A stretch of DNA of 63,197 bases, filler included, from Trichosphaerium sp. ATCC 40318 (GCA_038496445.1; 3 parts of 3 records of this genome joined end to end with filler, not necessarily neighbours in it); one strand, 5' to 3'. Counted from the first letter of the whole stretch, positions 22,436-36,089 are shown. Made by a program: numbers and translations. The notes: generated by a model from the sequence alone, not told the origin.

Positions 22436-22670
22436 GTCGTGTAATCAAGGTGTCGTCTAATTATTGCGAGTTTTCTAAGCACTACTTACAAAAAACGGTT
22501 TTCGACCTGCCAATATTGTATTAACCTGTAAGCTTGTACACCTCTGTAGTAGCAACTGTTTATCAATACTGTGTTGCTCATGGCCACCACTGTTGTACAA
22601 TACTGAACAACAAGAAAAAAAAAAGCAATTTATTTGAAATACAACTTGACGGTGAGTACAAGCTGAGTAA

Positions 22671-24199
22671 TCACAAAAAGTCACGTATAGTGTACGATTG
22701 GTATGGTGAATGTTGTTCTAGATGTTCATATGCAGGTTTTTTTCCATTAATTATTAAAGTACCACAAGACCAAACAAAGAAATAAGACATTCTTGCTGAA
22801 ACAGAATCACATTTGCAATGCTTAAGAGGTCCAAATAAATACAAGATACCATAATCACTGATAAGAGGACAATCATTTGCAGTCAAATTAGTGACTCCAT
22901 AGAGAGATATAATGCTGTCATCCGTAATATTTTGACATCCAGAAATATCAAGTTTTTCTACACCAACAAGATATTTTAATCCTTTATCTGTAATTTCACT
23001 ACAATTAACCAAACTGACATCACGTGCTCCTGAAATATACTTCAAACCTTCATCTGTTATAAAAAAACAGTGATCAAGTTTTATCTCTGAAACACCTCCC
23101 AGTGCTTTCAAAGACAAGTCGGTAATTAATGTGCAATTTTTTAGATTTATCTTGTATACTCCACGTAATGCTGAGACACCTTCATCAGTGATATAGTCAC
23201 AGCCACTTAGTGATATTGTGTGAACACCTGCAAGGTATGATATACCCAATGAAGTCACATTGAAACAGTTATCTAATAGAATTGTATGTACACCTTTAAG
23301 ACACTTAAGACCAATATCTGTTATAAATGTATCACAAATGTCGATTGTGTGAACTCCTGATAGCGCCTTCATACACTTATCACCAATGTTACAACGATTC
23401 AAGTTGATAGTGTGTATACCAGAAAGCGCTGATACACCTTTATCAGTGATATAAGGATTCCTGTGGATAATAAGCTTTTTAACACCTGCAAGTGCTTTCA
23501 ATCCAACATCTGTCAGATTATTTGATCCAAAGTTGTATCCAATAGGAGCAAGCTTTGCTTCTTTGACACCTGCCAAAGATGCGTATCCTTCGTCAGATAC
23601 TTTGTCACAGTTACTGATTCTTATTGTTTTAACACCAGCAAGTGCTCCAACACCTTTGTTAGTGATGTTGTTGCAAAAAGATAAGTCAATGGTTGGCACT
23701 CTAGAAATAGCTTCCAGATGACTGTCAGTAACACACTCCCAATCAATGATATTTCTTTGAGTCTAGAGAGTGATTTTAGACCTTTTGGAGTGATTATTTC
23801 ATTAGGAACAAAGGAAAGCTTGGTAATATTTGTAAGCGCTGACAAACCAACATCCGTGATTGTACTGCGACCAATATCTAGTGTGCGGACGTTTCCGAAG
23901 TGTGTTATGACCTCATCGCTGATTTTTCTGATGTCCATCCTCAGATTATACGCTCCGTGAAGAAGAATGGCTATTTCTGGCCTCAATAGCATTGGTACAT
24001 GAATATGGGTTGACTTTAAAAGTCCTTTGCTCTTGCAGAGGTCCAGTACGTTGTAATTTTTTGCGTCAATGTTAGCAAAGCCAATATCATTTCGTACTAC
24101 GTGTAGAAACTGTTTACAGGTCAAAGAGATAGATTTCAGATTTGAAGTGCGTAAGAACATCAGGATTTCGCATACCATCTCTCGTGGTAGCGATGACAT
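22671..24199 (-). CDS. F-box plus LRR protein, intronless, with a 1-nt frameshift at ~23733 (error or pseudogene)
   Basis: MSSLPREMVCEILMFL...TCKQF F-box. Same GVHTIxL..ITDxGL repeats as 18571-19941. Two overlapping ORFs join at GS(x)VTDSHLEAISRVPTIDLS. Confidence 0.85.
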
Positions 24200-24436
24200 A
24201 AAGCAAGTCATTTACGCAACACGTTGTAAGAATTGTTTTGAACGAGCTTTGACCAGCATTGGGTAAAAAAAACTGCCAAAAAGATTGTCGGCGGTTCTGA
24301 GGCGCTTCAATGCAGGTCAGACTCTGGGCATGGATCTCTCGTATCCTGCTGTTACTTGTTAGGTGGAGTAATTCCATAACCACAATAGTATAATGATTGC
24401 TCGTGGTTTTTATTTGGTTTTTTTTTTGATACAATT

Positions 24437-25172
24437 TCAAATGTGTGAGAAGTTATTGCTTGTTGAGAATACTGAAAAATTTCCTACGCCATCACATGAT
24501 GAGTCATTCACATAATTAGTATGTCCAATAGCCCAATAAGAAGTTAACTTTCTTTTAAAATCATCGTTAAAGTATCCTTGTAGTGTTAGTTTCTTTAAGC
24601 AAGATAAAACCAATAAAGATTCAGCAAATCTTTCTTCTTGATGTTCTTTGATATCTGGTAAAGTGACTGAAAGTTCTTTAATACTAGGTCTCCTCTCTGG
24701 TTGTGTTTTAAACGTATTAAACAATAATAAAACACCTTCATAAGATAAAGATGTTCCACGTAGATCAAGAGTCTGTAAGCTTCTAGAAGTATGCAAAAAC
24801 TGAGCAAGTAGCCCACAAACCTCATCTGTAAGATTACAACGGCTGATATCTAAGTGCTCCTATGTAACAACAATATATTAGCTATCAAAGTAATGATGAA
24901 AGAGATGTACCAGTTTGTATAGTTTATACAAAGAAGGTATTAGATTTGAAAAACTCGAAAAAGAGAGGCATCTTGATAAGTCAAGTATTTGAATTGAAGA
25001 ACTTAACGATAATCCAGAGCGCAGACCAGAAATGAATTTATCATCTAAATGACTACCCGATAAAATAAGTTTGTTCAGTCTTACTGTAACAAGAAAGTCT
25101 TTAAGAGCGACAGATATCCCAGAGCAACAAGAAGAACCAAAGTTATCTTTAAGGATGAAATTCTACAATAAA
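24437..25172 (-). CDS. LRR protein, 3' part (truncated by the linker)
   Basis: RLNKLILSGSHLDD, SIQILDLSRC, LEHLDISRCNL, SLQTLDLRGTSL repeats with a short intron. Confidence 0.7.
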
Positions 25173-25271
25173 NNNNNNNNNNNNNNNNNNNNNNNNNNNN
25201 NNNNNNNNNNNNNNNNTTAATTAATTAANNNNNNNNNNNNNNNNNNNNNNNNNNNNNNNNNNNNNNNNNNN
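25173..25271. other. Artificial contig linker (N-run + TTAATTAATTAA + N-run)
   Basis: TTAATTAATTAA, which gives stops in all six frames, centred in Ns. The same construct occurs at 49860-49959. Confidence 0.95.
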
Positions 25272-27465
25272 NTTTTTTATGACGTTCTCTAGACTTCGGA
25301 AATGGACCTGTTGGTAGAGGAAAGATGAAGTTTAAAGATCCTGCAGTGATGGTAGCTTGTGACTTTTGTACTAAACGTACACCACAAAAGCAGGCTGTTG
25401 TACAGACGTCCTATTCTTTGGGAACGTAAGTCTGTTCTTTTACTTTGCGATATTTGATTTCTTACATACTTTATTAGACGTGACAGATTATACAAGAACA
25501 TGCCTAACCCAAGTATGGAATACAGACTTCTTGGTTTGTTTAAGCTTTGGAACGCAGTAAGTAGTCGCTACCGCTAGAGGGTTCTTTACCTGTTTTGCTG
25601 CGTTTTGTGTTTCGTTTAACGCTTGATCTGATTTAATGGATTAGATTCAATTCTTCTATCCTTACAAAGACCAAATGGTACGTCCATGGTCTGAGGTACT
25701 TGAAGAGTTCCTCCCTAAGGTTCAAGCATCAAAAACTGTTGAAGAATATGTTCTATGTATTGCAAAGGTTATAGCACAGACAGGGGATTTCCAGTGCTTC
25801 ATGCAGTATGTTACTTTGTTTATAGTACTTTATGTGTACTAATTATTCTATTCAAAGATCACCTGTACTATCCAACTACGTCGGTACACACGTGCCTCCA
25901 ATCAACGTCAAGTCAATCGCCGGTAATTTTTACATTGCTCATGTATCAGCTATTGAGCACCTCACTGGTGCTAATCCTGATCTGACACGTGTTAAACCGG
26001 GTGATATTATTACAGCTGTTGATGGTGTTTCAGTACGTTTTTTGTTGTTGAACAAAGTAATTGACTTGGTGTTTAGGTTCAAACTTTGTTTGAGAAACTT
26101 GCACCATTATACTCTGCTTCATCTCCTTATGGATTGAATTGGCGTGTGTCTCTATATCTACTCGCTGGACAGATTAATAGCATTGCGAAGGTCACATTAA
26201 AGAGAGGAAAGACAACATATGAAGCAGAGCTCCTTAGGTACAAAAAGCTTCTTATGAAGCATATCTTAACCCTTCTTTGTAAAGGTCTACAACTCCTGCT
26301 TTTGTACTCAACGAGCTCGAACAACAATCGAATCGTCTTCCAGTTTTCACAGCCACCCATCCAAATGATCGCACAGTTGGTTATATGGACCTTACGCGTC
26401 TTCTCTATTCTGTACGAATTTTCGTTCTCTTTTTTTTTTCTGTTTTTTTCTTTTTTGATGTTAGATCTGACTGTCGTGCTTAGTCTGTTGACATTGCTAT
26501 GCATTCAATGATTGATAAACGAGCCATAATTCTTGATCTTCGCGGACCAACAAAGAAAATTATGCCAGAGTACGCTATATACAACAATAGTATTAATTCG
26601 CTTTGTACAAGGTAGCTTTTGAAAAAAAAACCATCAAAATTGGAAACTATTTTTATTCTTCCTTTCTCTACTTTCTACCAGCTTGTGATTGTAATTTTTC
26701 CTCCGTTTAGATTGGCTAGATGGCTTTCATCAAAGACAGTTACAGTTACAAACACTACAACACCTTATTTTTCACCTTCCACTTTTCTTTACGATGGTTT
26801 ATCTTCAAGCGTAATGGTTTCAAAACAACTTTGCTATACGTCTCACGATGAGCGTCAACGCGTCTTTAAAGGTGAGAATAGAATGAATATATTGTATGCA
26901 CTTTGTTAATGCTCTTTTTCAGGTAAACTAGTTGCTCTAATATCCACAGCAACTCTTGGTCAAGGTGAACTTGATTGCCTGTATTTGAAGGTTCGTTTTT
27001 TTTTAACCCTTTTTTTTACTTACGTGGTCACGTTTAGGCTTGCCGTCCTGATTGCACTGTTATTGGACAAACCACACATGGCGTTACTGGTAACGCAACA
27101 AATGTTGTATTACCAGGTGGTATCACCGCATTTTTTACTGGCAAAGGGCTAACGGTAAGACACTGGTTTGAACAACATTATCGTTGTTTTTTATTGTAGC
27201 ATACTTGTACTAAGTGATTTTTATTAGAGCGGTAAATCGGGATTTCATAATGGTGTAACACCAGATATCCTTGTAGAGGTAACAACTCCTTTTTGTTTGT
27301 TCGAAAACACGTGCTTTTTCTTTTTTTTTTGGAACTTTTTTTCTGTTTGTGCTTATGTCTTGTTTGTAGGATACTGTGTCAACTCTGATGCAAACAAAAC
27401 GTGATCATGTACTAGAGCGTGCTATGGAATTCCTTAAACAAGATGAAACAAAAGCAACAGCTTAA
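25272..27465 (+). CDS. Peptidase S41 (tail-specific protease)-like protein with PDZ-like segment, 5'-truncated, multi-exon
   Basis: EYRLLGLFKLWNA..QFFYPYK..WSEVLEEFLP. VKPGDIITAVDG (PDZ-like). IILDLRG. GKLVALISTATLGQGE. TVIGQTTHGVTGNATNVVLPGG. GVTPDILVE. Confidence 0.85.
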
Positions 27466-27775
27466 AAAGAAACAAGCAAAAAAACAAACTAAAAAAAATA
27501 AGTGTATAACAACGTTTTTTTCTTATCTCTCAATGTTGTTTTATGTATTTTGGCTTTCAAAATATTTTGTTTTTAGTAGGCGTGGATTACACAAGCTTCT
27601 TATGTTTGCCGGCCAAGAAAAGAACCGTAAGCTTAATAAACAAATTCGAAGTCAATCTTTTTGAAGAAAAAACCCAAGAATTTAATTACAAAGCGTGTTT
27701 GTACGATAGAACTAGATCCATCAGAGAAAAATGAATACAAAAGACAAAGATGAAGTGATTGAAATGAGTTGACGT

Positions 27776-28684
27776 TTATTTAAAGTATGAGGTTGTAAGT
27801 AGGATCTTGTAAAGTCTTGCTCCAGAAGGACCTGTTTTTTTTTTCGTTTAATCCTTCTTCTGGCTAGCGAGGTACTCCATGACTAATTTATATTGTGGAG
27901 GATAATTACTCTTTAGCCACTCAAGGTCAACGCCACGAATCTTATCATCAGCTACTTCCTTTCCTGCAAGTCTTGCCTCAACAACCTTCCATACCTATCA
28001 AATGTTAAATCTTTATCTAACATGATGCCGCCTACTTTCTCTGAAAAAAAACCGTACTAATTCAGGAATTGGACGATCTGTAGCACCACCCCAGTTCATT
28101 TCACCAGGTACAATAATCCACTTGTACAAAAACTTGCCGTGTTTGTCAACCTACAGCAACACCCATTAAAAAGAAAGCCAACAAGGTATAAAACACTACA
28201 ACTTACAACAAATAGAGCTGGCTGTGCCATGAGACCGTCGTACCTAGCGTGTTCACTTAGAGAAACTCCAAGTTCTACATATGTCGTTAGTCAAAAAGAA
28301 TGGCGGTTATTACACTCAACCTTTAGCAAGCTCATTCGCAGGCTCGCCAAAGATTTTGAAATCCAAACTGAAGTTGTTTTGCAACTTGGTCGCAGCCGCT
28401 TGATCTTGAGTTGTCACGCCGAATAGTTCGCCTCCTATAAGTCATGTAAGGCAATTTTAACTGTGGGGGTGTAAAGTACCTTTGGCTTTCAGTTGAGGCA
28501 AGAGTTTGGCATTTAATTCCTCCAAGTATGCTGTACAGAACGGGCACCTAAGAAAATACAGTTAGGAAAAAGCCAAACAAGTTTGAGTAAGAACCACCTA
28601 CCAATCACCTCGGTAAAATACAAGAGCTGTTAAATCCCGCTTAGCGATTTCTTCTTTGTACCAGTTAACGGTTGCGGATGTCAT
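27776..28684 (-). CDS. AhpC/TSA-type redoxin (peroxiredoxin-like, CxxC), multi-exon
   Basis: LVFYRGDW|CPFCTAYLEEL, GGELFGVT, AQPALFV, NWGGATDRP. Confidence 0.8.
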
Positions 28685-30264
28685 TTGTTGTTTGTGTGTT
28701 TGATAGAATAATAAAATACAGCCGAATTAAAATTGATAAATTCTGTCTGTTCCGTGGAATCTTTTGTGACATTTTCAAACTTCAAAAAATTTAACCTGCA
28801 CGCTTATTCTAGTGCAAGATCAATAAAAAAAAAAAACGCAATAAAAACGTCAAAAGTCGGCAGTTTTCTGGGTACCCTTCCTTTTTCCCTGAACAAATTT
28901 CTTCCGAGGAAGTCCTTTTATGTACATATTGTATAGCGCAATATTTCATGTTGGTGTATAGAGATATGGAAAGATAAAGATAATGACAGTACTTAAAAGC
29001 AACGGCTAGAGGCAATTACGCAATGACTACGATGTATACAGAAAGTTTTTGGTTGTAGTTTTATTGTGACTTTGAATAAAACAAGGATCGCAGGCTTCGT
29101 GACCAAGCCGTCAAGCCAAGATTTAGGTTCTCTCAATCTGTGTTAATTGTACAATGATGCCAATGGGCGATAGGAGTACTATTTCGTATGTATAAAACAA
29201 GATCTATTCGGTTCTTGATTTGACGTTCTGTTTTGGTTCTAATACCTCTAGGTTTACTGCAACTATAAATGGGGCTGCATTGATATGAATATGGCTTTAA
29301 TCAGTGAGTTTTGAAGTGTAAATTTCGCATATTTTGTGAGGTTTTTTTCTTCCATTACATAGCATCTGCGCTTCGCCTAACCTGTCTGAAAACTACCACC
29401 ACATAACTGTAAGTAGGTTAAGGGTATTTGAGTTTTGAAGAATCAGTTTAAAGCTTACATTTTGGTTGTAATCCACTAAAACAAACTATATATGTTGTAA
29501 AATAAGCCTTAAGTTCATTTCAGCTTGTGGTGTAAGTTAAAGCGTATGGTTTTCTTATTTTGGAAGGTGTAAAATCAAGTTTGTGTTTTTTTCTTTTGTG
29601 CATGCCGATGAATTACTGTAGCGTGATAGTATATTATCATAGACAGCATGTTGTACACAACCACCATAAACAAAATGATAAACTACGGCATTTTTGCGTG
29701 TACAAGCTTAATATTGGTGTATACGCCTGTAATCTCGGTTTAAAGGTATTTTACAATAGTTTCGCAGCTGCGAAGAATGTTTCAACCAAAAGCTGTTCAA
29801 TAAGGACAAACATAGCTCTCAGGTCAGGATCAGTGTTACATGTATTCAATTAGTAACTTATAGAGGTGGAGCATATAAAGGCCTTTGTAAATAGTGTGAT
29901 ACAGAATTGTTAAGCCACCGCCTTTGGGTGACTATGTTAGAACTACACGGAAAAAAACCCTAAATACGATCTTTGTATGTGCACCACTGTGTAGAGTACC
30001 AAAAACGTAGTTAGAGTTAAAAATAATTGGGTGCAAAGTAACGTGAAACTTGGTGGACTTATGAGGGCAGAAACGAAATAGCGTAAATCAGTTCATTGAA
30101 AAGAATTATAAAGTTTATTTGGAACTAAACCGTTTCTAGTAATTTTCTTGGTGAAACTATGAACGTGAAAAAAAATCAAATCATAGAAACAAACGTACAA
30201 GCAACAACAACAGCTTGAACAAAGAAAACAAACAAACCCCCCTCGTCGTAACTTAAAAACGTGC

Positions 30265-31829
30265 ATGTCAAAGAACAAGAACAACAACGATAAAACTCAC
30301 ATTAATCTCGTTGTAATTGGTCATGTCGATGCAGGTAAATCAACAACATGCGGTCACTTGATCTTCAAATGTGGTGGTGTCGACAAGAGGAGAATGCAAT
30401 TGTTGGAACAAAAGGCAGAAGAAAAGGGCATGAAGTCATTTGCTTATGCTTTCGTCATGGACAACACTGAAGAAGAACAATCTCGTGGAGTCACAATCAA
30501 AACAACAACCAAGCAATTCTTCACGAACAACTACCACGTAAGTCACTTTTGATTAATTACAGCGCCTCTGGAACCTTTTTTCTGACTTGCTGTTTAGTTT
30601 ACGATCATTGATGCTCCTGGACACCAAGATTTTATCAAGAATATGATTACTGGTACCTCTCAAGCTGACTCGGCATTGCTTGTCGTTCCAGCAACAAAGG
30701 GAGAGTTCGAGACTTCCATCTCTACCAACGGACAAACTCGCCAACATGCTTTGCTCGCTTACACTCTTGGTGTCAAGCAATTGATTGTCGGTGTAAACAA
30801 GATGGACGCAAAAACTGTCAACTATGCTGAATCCAGATACAAGGAAATTGTCGCTGAAGTCTCAGCCTTTTTGAAAAAGTACGTTCAACAACTTCACATT
30901 GAGTTTTTTTTTATCCACTAACCTTTTGAGCAGGATTGGGTTCAACATTAAGCGTGTTCCTTTCGTTCCAATCTCTGGATTCGCTGGTGATAACATGACG
31001 GAGAAATCAAGCAACATGTCATGGTGGAAAGGCCCAACATTGCTCGAAGCACTTGACAACTTGAAGCCTCCAAAGCGTCCTACAAACAAGCCATTGAGAA
31101 TGCCAATTCAAAGTGTCTACAAAATCAACGGTGTCGGTACTGTTGTCGCTGGACGCATCGAAGCAGGTCTTATCAAGGTCGGCCAAAAGGTGAAACTCGC
31201 ACCGTCTGGTTTAACGGCTGAAGTGAGATCTATTGAGATGCACCATACCCAGATGACGCAGGCCGGTCCTGGTGACAATGTAGGTGTAAACTTGAGAGGT
31301 GTCTCTGTAAAGCAAGTAGAACGTGGTACAGTCATTGGTGAGATTGGTGCTTCAGTACCTCTTGCTGAAGTGACTGAATTTGTTGCTCAAATCATCATCA
31401 TGCACCACCCAAAGAAGATCTTTGCTGGATACAGCCCGGTCCTTGGTAAGTTTTCTTTTTAGCTTTGTCTGTTTTAATACTTACGTTTCTTCTTTTCTAG
31501 ACATTCACACTGCTCATATTGCGTGCCGCTTTGCCGAACTCTTGACAAAGCTTGATCGCAAGACGAACGAAGTGACAGAAAAGAACCCTGCTTATCTCAA
31601 AAAAGGAGACTCTGCAATGGTGCGCTTGATTCCTACCAAGCCACTTTGTTGTGAAGCCTTCAAAGATATGCCTCCTCTTGGTCGTTTTGCAATCCGCGAT
31701 ATGAACAAGGTACCATTTCTTTAGTTTAACTACTCCCATCGCTGTTCCTTCACGTGCTTACTTTTGTCTGTCTAGACTGTGGCTGTAGGTGTCATCAAAT
31801 CAGTTACCAAGAAGGTTCAAGATGCTTAA
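30265..31829 (+). CDS. EEF1A: Translation elongation factor 1-alpha, divergent paralogue (5 exons)
   Basis: [78 protein letters not shown]. Confidence 0.93.
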
Positions 31830-32648
31830 AAAACAATGTGCTTTTTGCTTTGGATCGTGTTCCTCAAAGCAAAACAACAAATCAAATAAAATCCTTTTTT
31901 TTAGACCCTTAAACAATCTGTTGGTTTTTAGTTCAACTGTCCTTTATTCAACCCTGTCACTTACTCAACCTTGTAATTTTGTCTACAATACAACTTGTAA
32001 CATGCAATACTATATGGTAACACGGGCGCCCGATGTACCTACCTATAGACGATGAAGAACTGTGGGAGATATAGAAACGACTGTAGTGTGTCTAAACAGA
32101 AAAAGCTGCTAAGCTCAGAGCCACTGCAAAAACGATAAACCAAGGCGTGCTACATACTTCGCTGGATAAATTCAATCATATGGTTGCAAGTATGACATTT
32201 AAACAGTACAAATCTTTCTTCAATCCTAAAATCAGCAATGTCTGTGGGATCAAGGTGCTCACTTTTTTTGATTGGTTTTGGACTATTCATTAATAGCAAC
32301 ACACATATTTTTGCCTTCTTAGCGTTTAATAACCCTTCTTATATCCACTAGAGCTATTATATAGGAAAACGGTATTTGAATGCTGATTGTAATGAAAGGA
32401 GTTCTGTTTTTGGTTTTGGTGCAAGGTTTCATTAGATGAATGCTTGCTTTTTGCATTAGTGTTACCAGAATGAATACATAAGATTAACTCTTCCTTACGA
32501 GTGTGCAGTGATCAGTTCTCATATTTCGATAAGTTAGGAAAATATGCCTTTCTATGATTTTCGGAAAATGCTTGTATGGAAAACGTGTTGTCATGTGGAA
32601 CCTAAGGTTCTTACACAAACCAAAAGTATACATCTTCATCACAACATC

Positions 32649-33493
32649 ATGAGCACCTCATCAATTTACCAATCATTGATTTACGCACTTGTTATATTTG
32701 GTTTGATATCTCTTTCACATGAAGCTATTAGTACGTTGTTAATAGTTTTGTCAAGGTGTTCAGCAACCGCCAATACCTGTTTTACCTTTTTGCTAACAAC
32801 GCTCAAGGCGAGGGTGATCGCGGAACATGCACCTTGGTTGTAGGCCCTTCTCCACAACTTAGTTACTTCACTGTAGGTTTTGCAGAGACAACAGCACCAA
32901 ACTTTCCAGACTTTGTTGTTGATAATGATGTTATTGAATACGACACTGATTCTGACCCTATTGCCATTAACAGTCGGCTTATGACAATTGACTTCACAGA
33001 TAATATGGTAGAGTACAGAGTCGTTCTAGGAGATGGTGTAAACGTACAGACATTAGAATGTACATTCGAAACTGCCACTTTTGATGGTACGGAACATACA
33101 ATTCTTACAACACCCCTTATAAATGGTATGCTTACCAAGTCACAAAGGTTTTTCTATCCTCGAAAACACGCTTGACGTAGATGTAACAAGCACAATGAAT
33201 TCGTTCAGGTATGTATTCCTTATTTTTTTAAATAGTGGTACACGTGGCTCTTTGAAATATGCACGTGTCGTAGTTGTTCGCAAGTTGATAGTACTATTTT
33301 AGAGCATCTATACCCGCTGCACTAGAAGGTAGCCCAGACATTGTACTCAGAATTCTATTTGACGACTTACCTCTACCATCAACCACTGCACCTTCAAATC
33401 CACCACCAACAACAACTTCGCCAACTGCACCACCACCTGTATACGCAAATGGTAGAAAGCCTTGTATTCGGAGACTATCTCAAATAAATTAGC
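32649..33493 (+). CDS. Secreted protein family, copy 1 (Pro/Thr-rich tail; 3' end approximate)
   Basis: Signal peptide MSTSSIYQSLIYALVIFGLISLSHEAI. Shared core GDRGTCTLVV...FPDFVVDNDVIEYD...ECTFETATFDG. Confidence 0.75.
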
Positions 33494-33680
33494 CATAAAA
33501 TATTCTTCCTCTCATTTAGTATCGTTACCCGAAAGTCACGTGTTTTTAAAGTAAAGAAGGTATTGTAGTGGCGGTTTTAACCATTTCTATAACCTCTCTA
33601 CGGGTCATAAGTCACTGGTGTGAACTAATCACGCTTAAGATTGTTAAGAATCAAAAAGCACACTTCTTCATCACAACAGC

Positions 33681-34527
33681 ATGACCACCTCAAATTACTT
33701 ATCATCGATTTGCGCACTTGTTTTATTTGGTTTGATATCTCTTTCACTTGGAGCTATTAGTACGTTGTTAATAGTTTGTTTTAAGGTTAACTAAAGCAAT
33801 AAGCACGTGTTTTTAGGTTTTTAATTTTATAGTAACTCTTACAACACTCAAGGTGTGGGTGATCGCGGAACATGCACCTTGGTTGTTACCTCAACTCCAA
33901 CATTTAGTTACTTCACTTCAGTATTGGCTTAGCAGAGACAACAGCACCAAACTTCCCAGACTTTGTTGTTGATAATGATGTTATTGAATACGACGTTGAT
34001 TCTAATGATATACCTTCCAGTAGGCTCATGACAATTGACTTCACAGATAATATGGTAGAGTATAGAGTCGTACTGGGCTCTGATGTAAACGTGCAAAGAT
34101 TAGAATGTACATTCGAAACTGCCACTTTTGATGGTACGGAATACAGGTTTTTCTTACAACCTCCATTCACTCAATGGTTTGCTTACCACGTTAAAGGTTT
34201 TACTATCCTCGAAAACACAGTTAATGCATTGGTAGAAAACACTGCTAATTCATTCAGGTTTGTTACTATTTATGTTCTCTTTAAAGTTGTTCACAGCTCT
34301 TTGTTATGTTCGAAGAGCTATTGACTTTGTTTAAGGGCAGATTTCCCCTCCAGACTAGCAGGTGATCCTGACATTGTACTCAGAATTCTGTTTGACGACC
34401 TAGCATGCGTACCTGTCAGGTAATAGGGGTTTCTTAAATCCTACTTTCTTTGTTCAAACTAACCCACGCGATTAGAAGAAGGTTAGCACGTAAAAGAGCA
34501 CAGAGAATAGCACTCCTTTCCCAATAA
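33681..34527 (+). CDS. Secreted protein family, copy 2
   Basis: Same signal peptide, intron positions and core as copy 1. Basic C-terminus RRRLARKRAQRIALLSQ. Confidence 0.75.
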
Positions 34528-35466
34528 ACCACTTTCCTTCCCACTTTATGATAATCGCTTTGCCTACACTTTCTAGATCTTTGTCTAACCGTTCATAACG
34601 AGTGTGAGAAAACGTTATTTCATGTTATTTTTTGTCAACGCTCGAACTTCATTGGCTTATTGCAATATTATGGCGTGATAGCAACAGAACACAGGGCTAT
34701 TCATGGACACCTATCCCTTTGCATGTTTTCTTTTGCTTCCAATCTGGTTGATAATAGATTAAGCTCTATGTAGTGGGAGCTTTTGTTGGAGCTCTTGCTG
34801 GTGATGTAGTCGGCGTTCTAGTTGGAGGTTCTGTTGCACTTCCTATGTTTCCAATAAGACCATGGTTGGCGACCCAGGAACTTTTCTATCATTGAAATAA
34901 AGTAATCTTGCAATGTACGATAACTATCTGCTACAACAGTCTTGAGTACCGTATTATCCTGATACTTATACAATCACCGAGATTTTCAATTCATAGGTTG
35001 GTACCACCTCAAACACGTTTCCTACAATACAATGAATAGCTCCGTGCTAAATAGACTCGTGATGATTCATATTAACAAAGTATGAACATTTGATATTTAT
35101 TTTGTGTACGATACAATAGTGACACTCTACGTACAGCATTACTGAGTGGCATCGTTTTAGGTAAGGAAGTTTGTATTCTTTGAAACTTTTTTTTAGCCTT
35201 CTTAGGACTTAGTTAAACCACGTTGATATAAGCTATGTCGCATTAATAGGGGGATTCTCTAATATCAAATCAATAAGCAAATATTGGAATTGACTCAGAT
35301 TATCGATAAACTGTTCTATCGATAATTTTTTTTTTCACGTGACGGAAATCAATGAAAGCCGGCTGTACTTTTTATGCCGGTAATATAGCCGGATCATAGA
35401 ACCTCAAGAAACCGGCTATTTTGCCGGCACCTTGGAATTGAAAGAAACGCGCGTAAATAAATGCCT

Positions 35467-36029
35467 TTATTCAACATTATTTTTCCACGTTGATGAGGGT
35501 ACAAATTTACCACCTTGTCCTTCTTTGAGCCATGTGACGCCCTTGGCACCAAATGCGTATAGCTCCAGCTTTCTGAGTCGGTTTTCTAGTTCCACTACAC
35601 GACTCTCAACTTCAGAACCAATGGGTTCTATAGGTAGCACTTCGATATCTTCAGCTATGACAGATATCTCTACCAAAGCAAGCTGTTGTATTATCCCTGC
35701 CTCATGTAGTATTGTCATGAGTCCATCAGAAGGTGCTTTGCCTCGCTTAATGGTGCTTGCCAAAGATTGTCCTTTGTCATCATAGCCGCTTGCAAGTAGT
35801 GGCAGTAGGTGTTTAGGTACTATACTTAGTAAATTTATAAAGTTTTCATGAATACAGTACCTGCTTTGCGAGTTTCCTCATTATTGTATATCTTTCGGTA
35901 GCGTTCTATAATACCGCTACATACTAACGATGCAATAGTTGGTGCGTTTTTAGTGGAAGCAATGGTACTACCCAGAAATTTAGATAGCAGCTTTTCTTGA
36001 TGAGTTGTGCACGTAAATAATGGGTCCAT
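35467..36029 (-). CDS. Transposon-borne hypothetical protein A (probably two exons; coiled-coil end)
   Basis: ORF pieces 35835-36029 and 35467-35763 (ESRVVELENRLRKLE) inside the TIRs. Splice junction not firmly resolved. Confidence 0.4.
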
Positions 36030-36089
36030 TTTCGTTTGTTTACCTCAGTTTACCAACTTAGACTTTCCAAAGTCAATAACCAAGCACAA

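Noticed and set aside
25217-25228. TTAATTAATTAA palindrome as a biological site (also 49904-49915)
   Set aside because: Centred in N runs at both gaps; an artificial six-frame-stop linker.
28700-30250. Short ORFs upstream of EF-1alpha
   Set aside because: No recognisable motifs and stop-interrupted; treated as intergenic.
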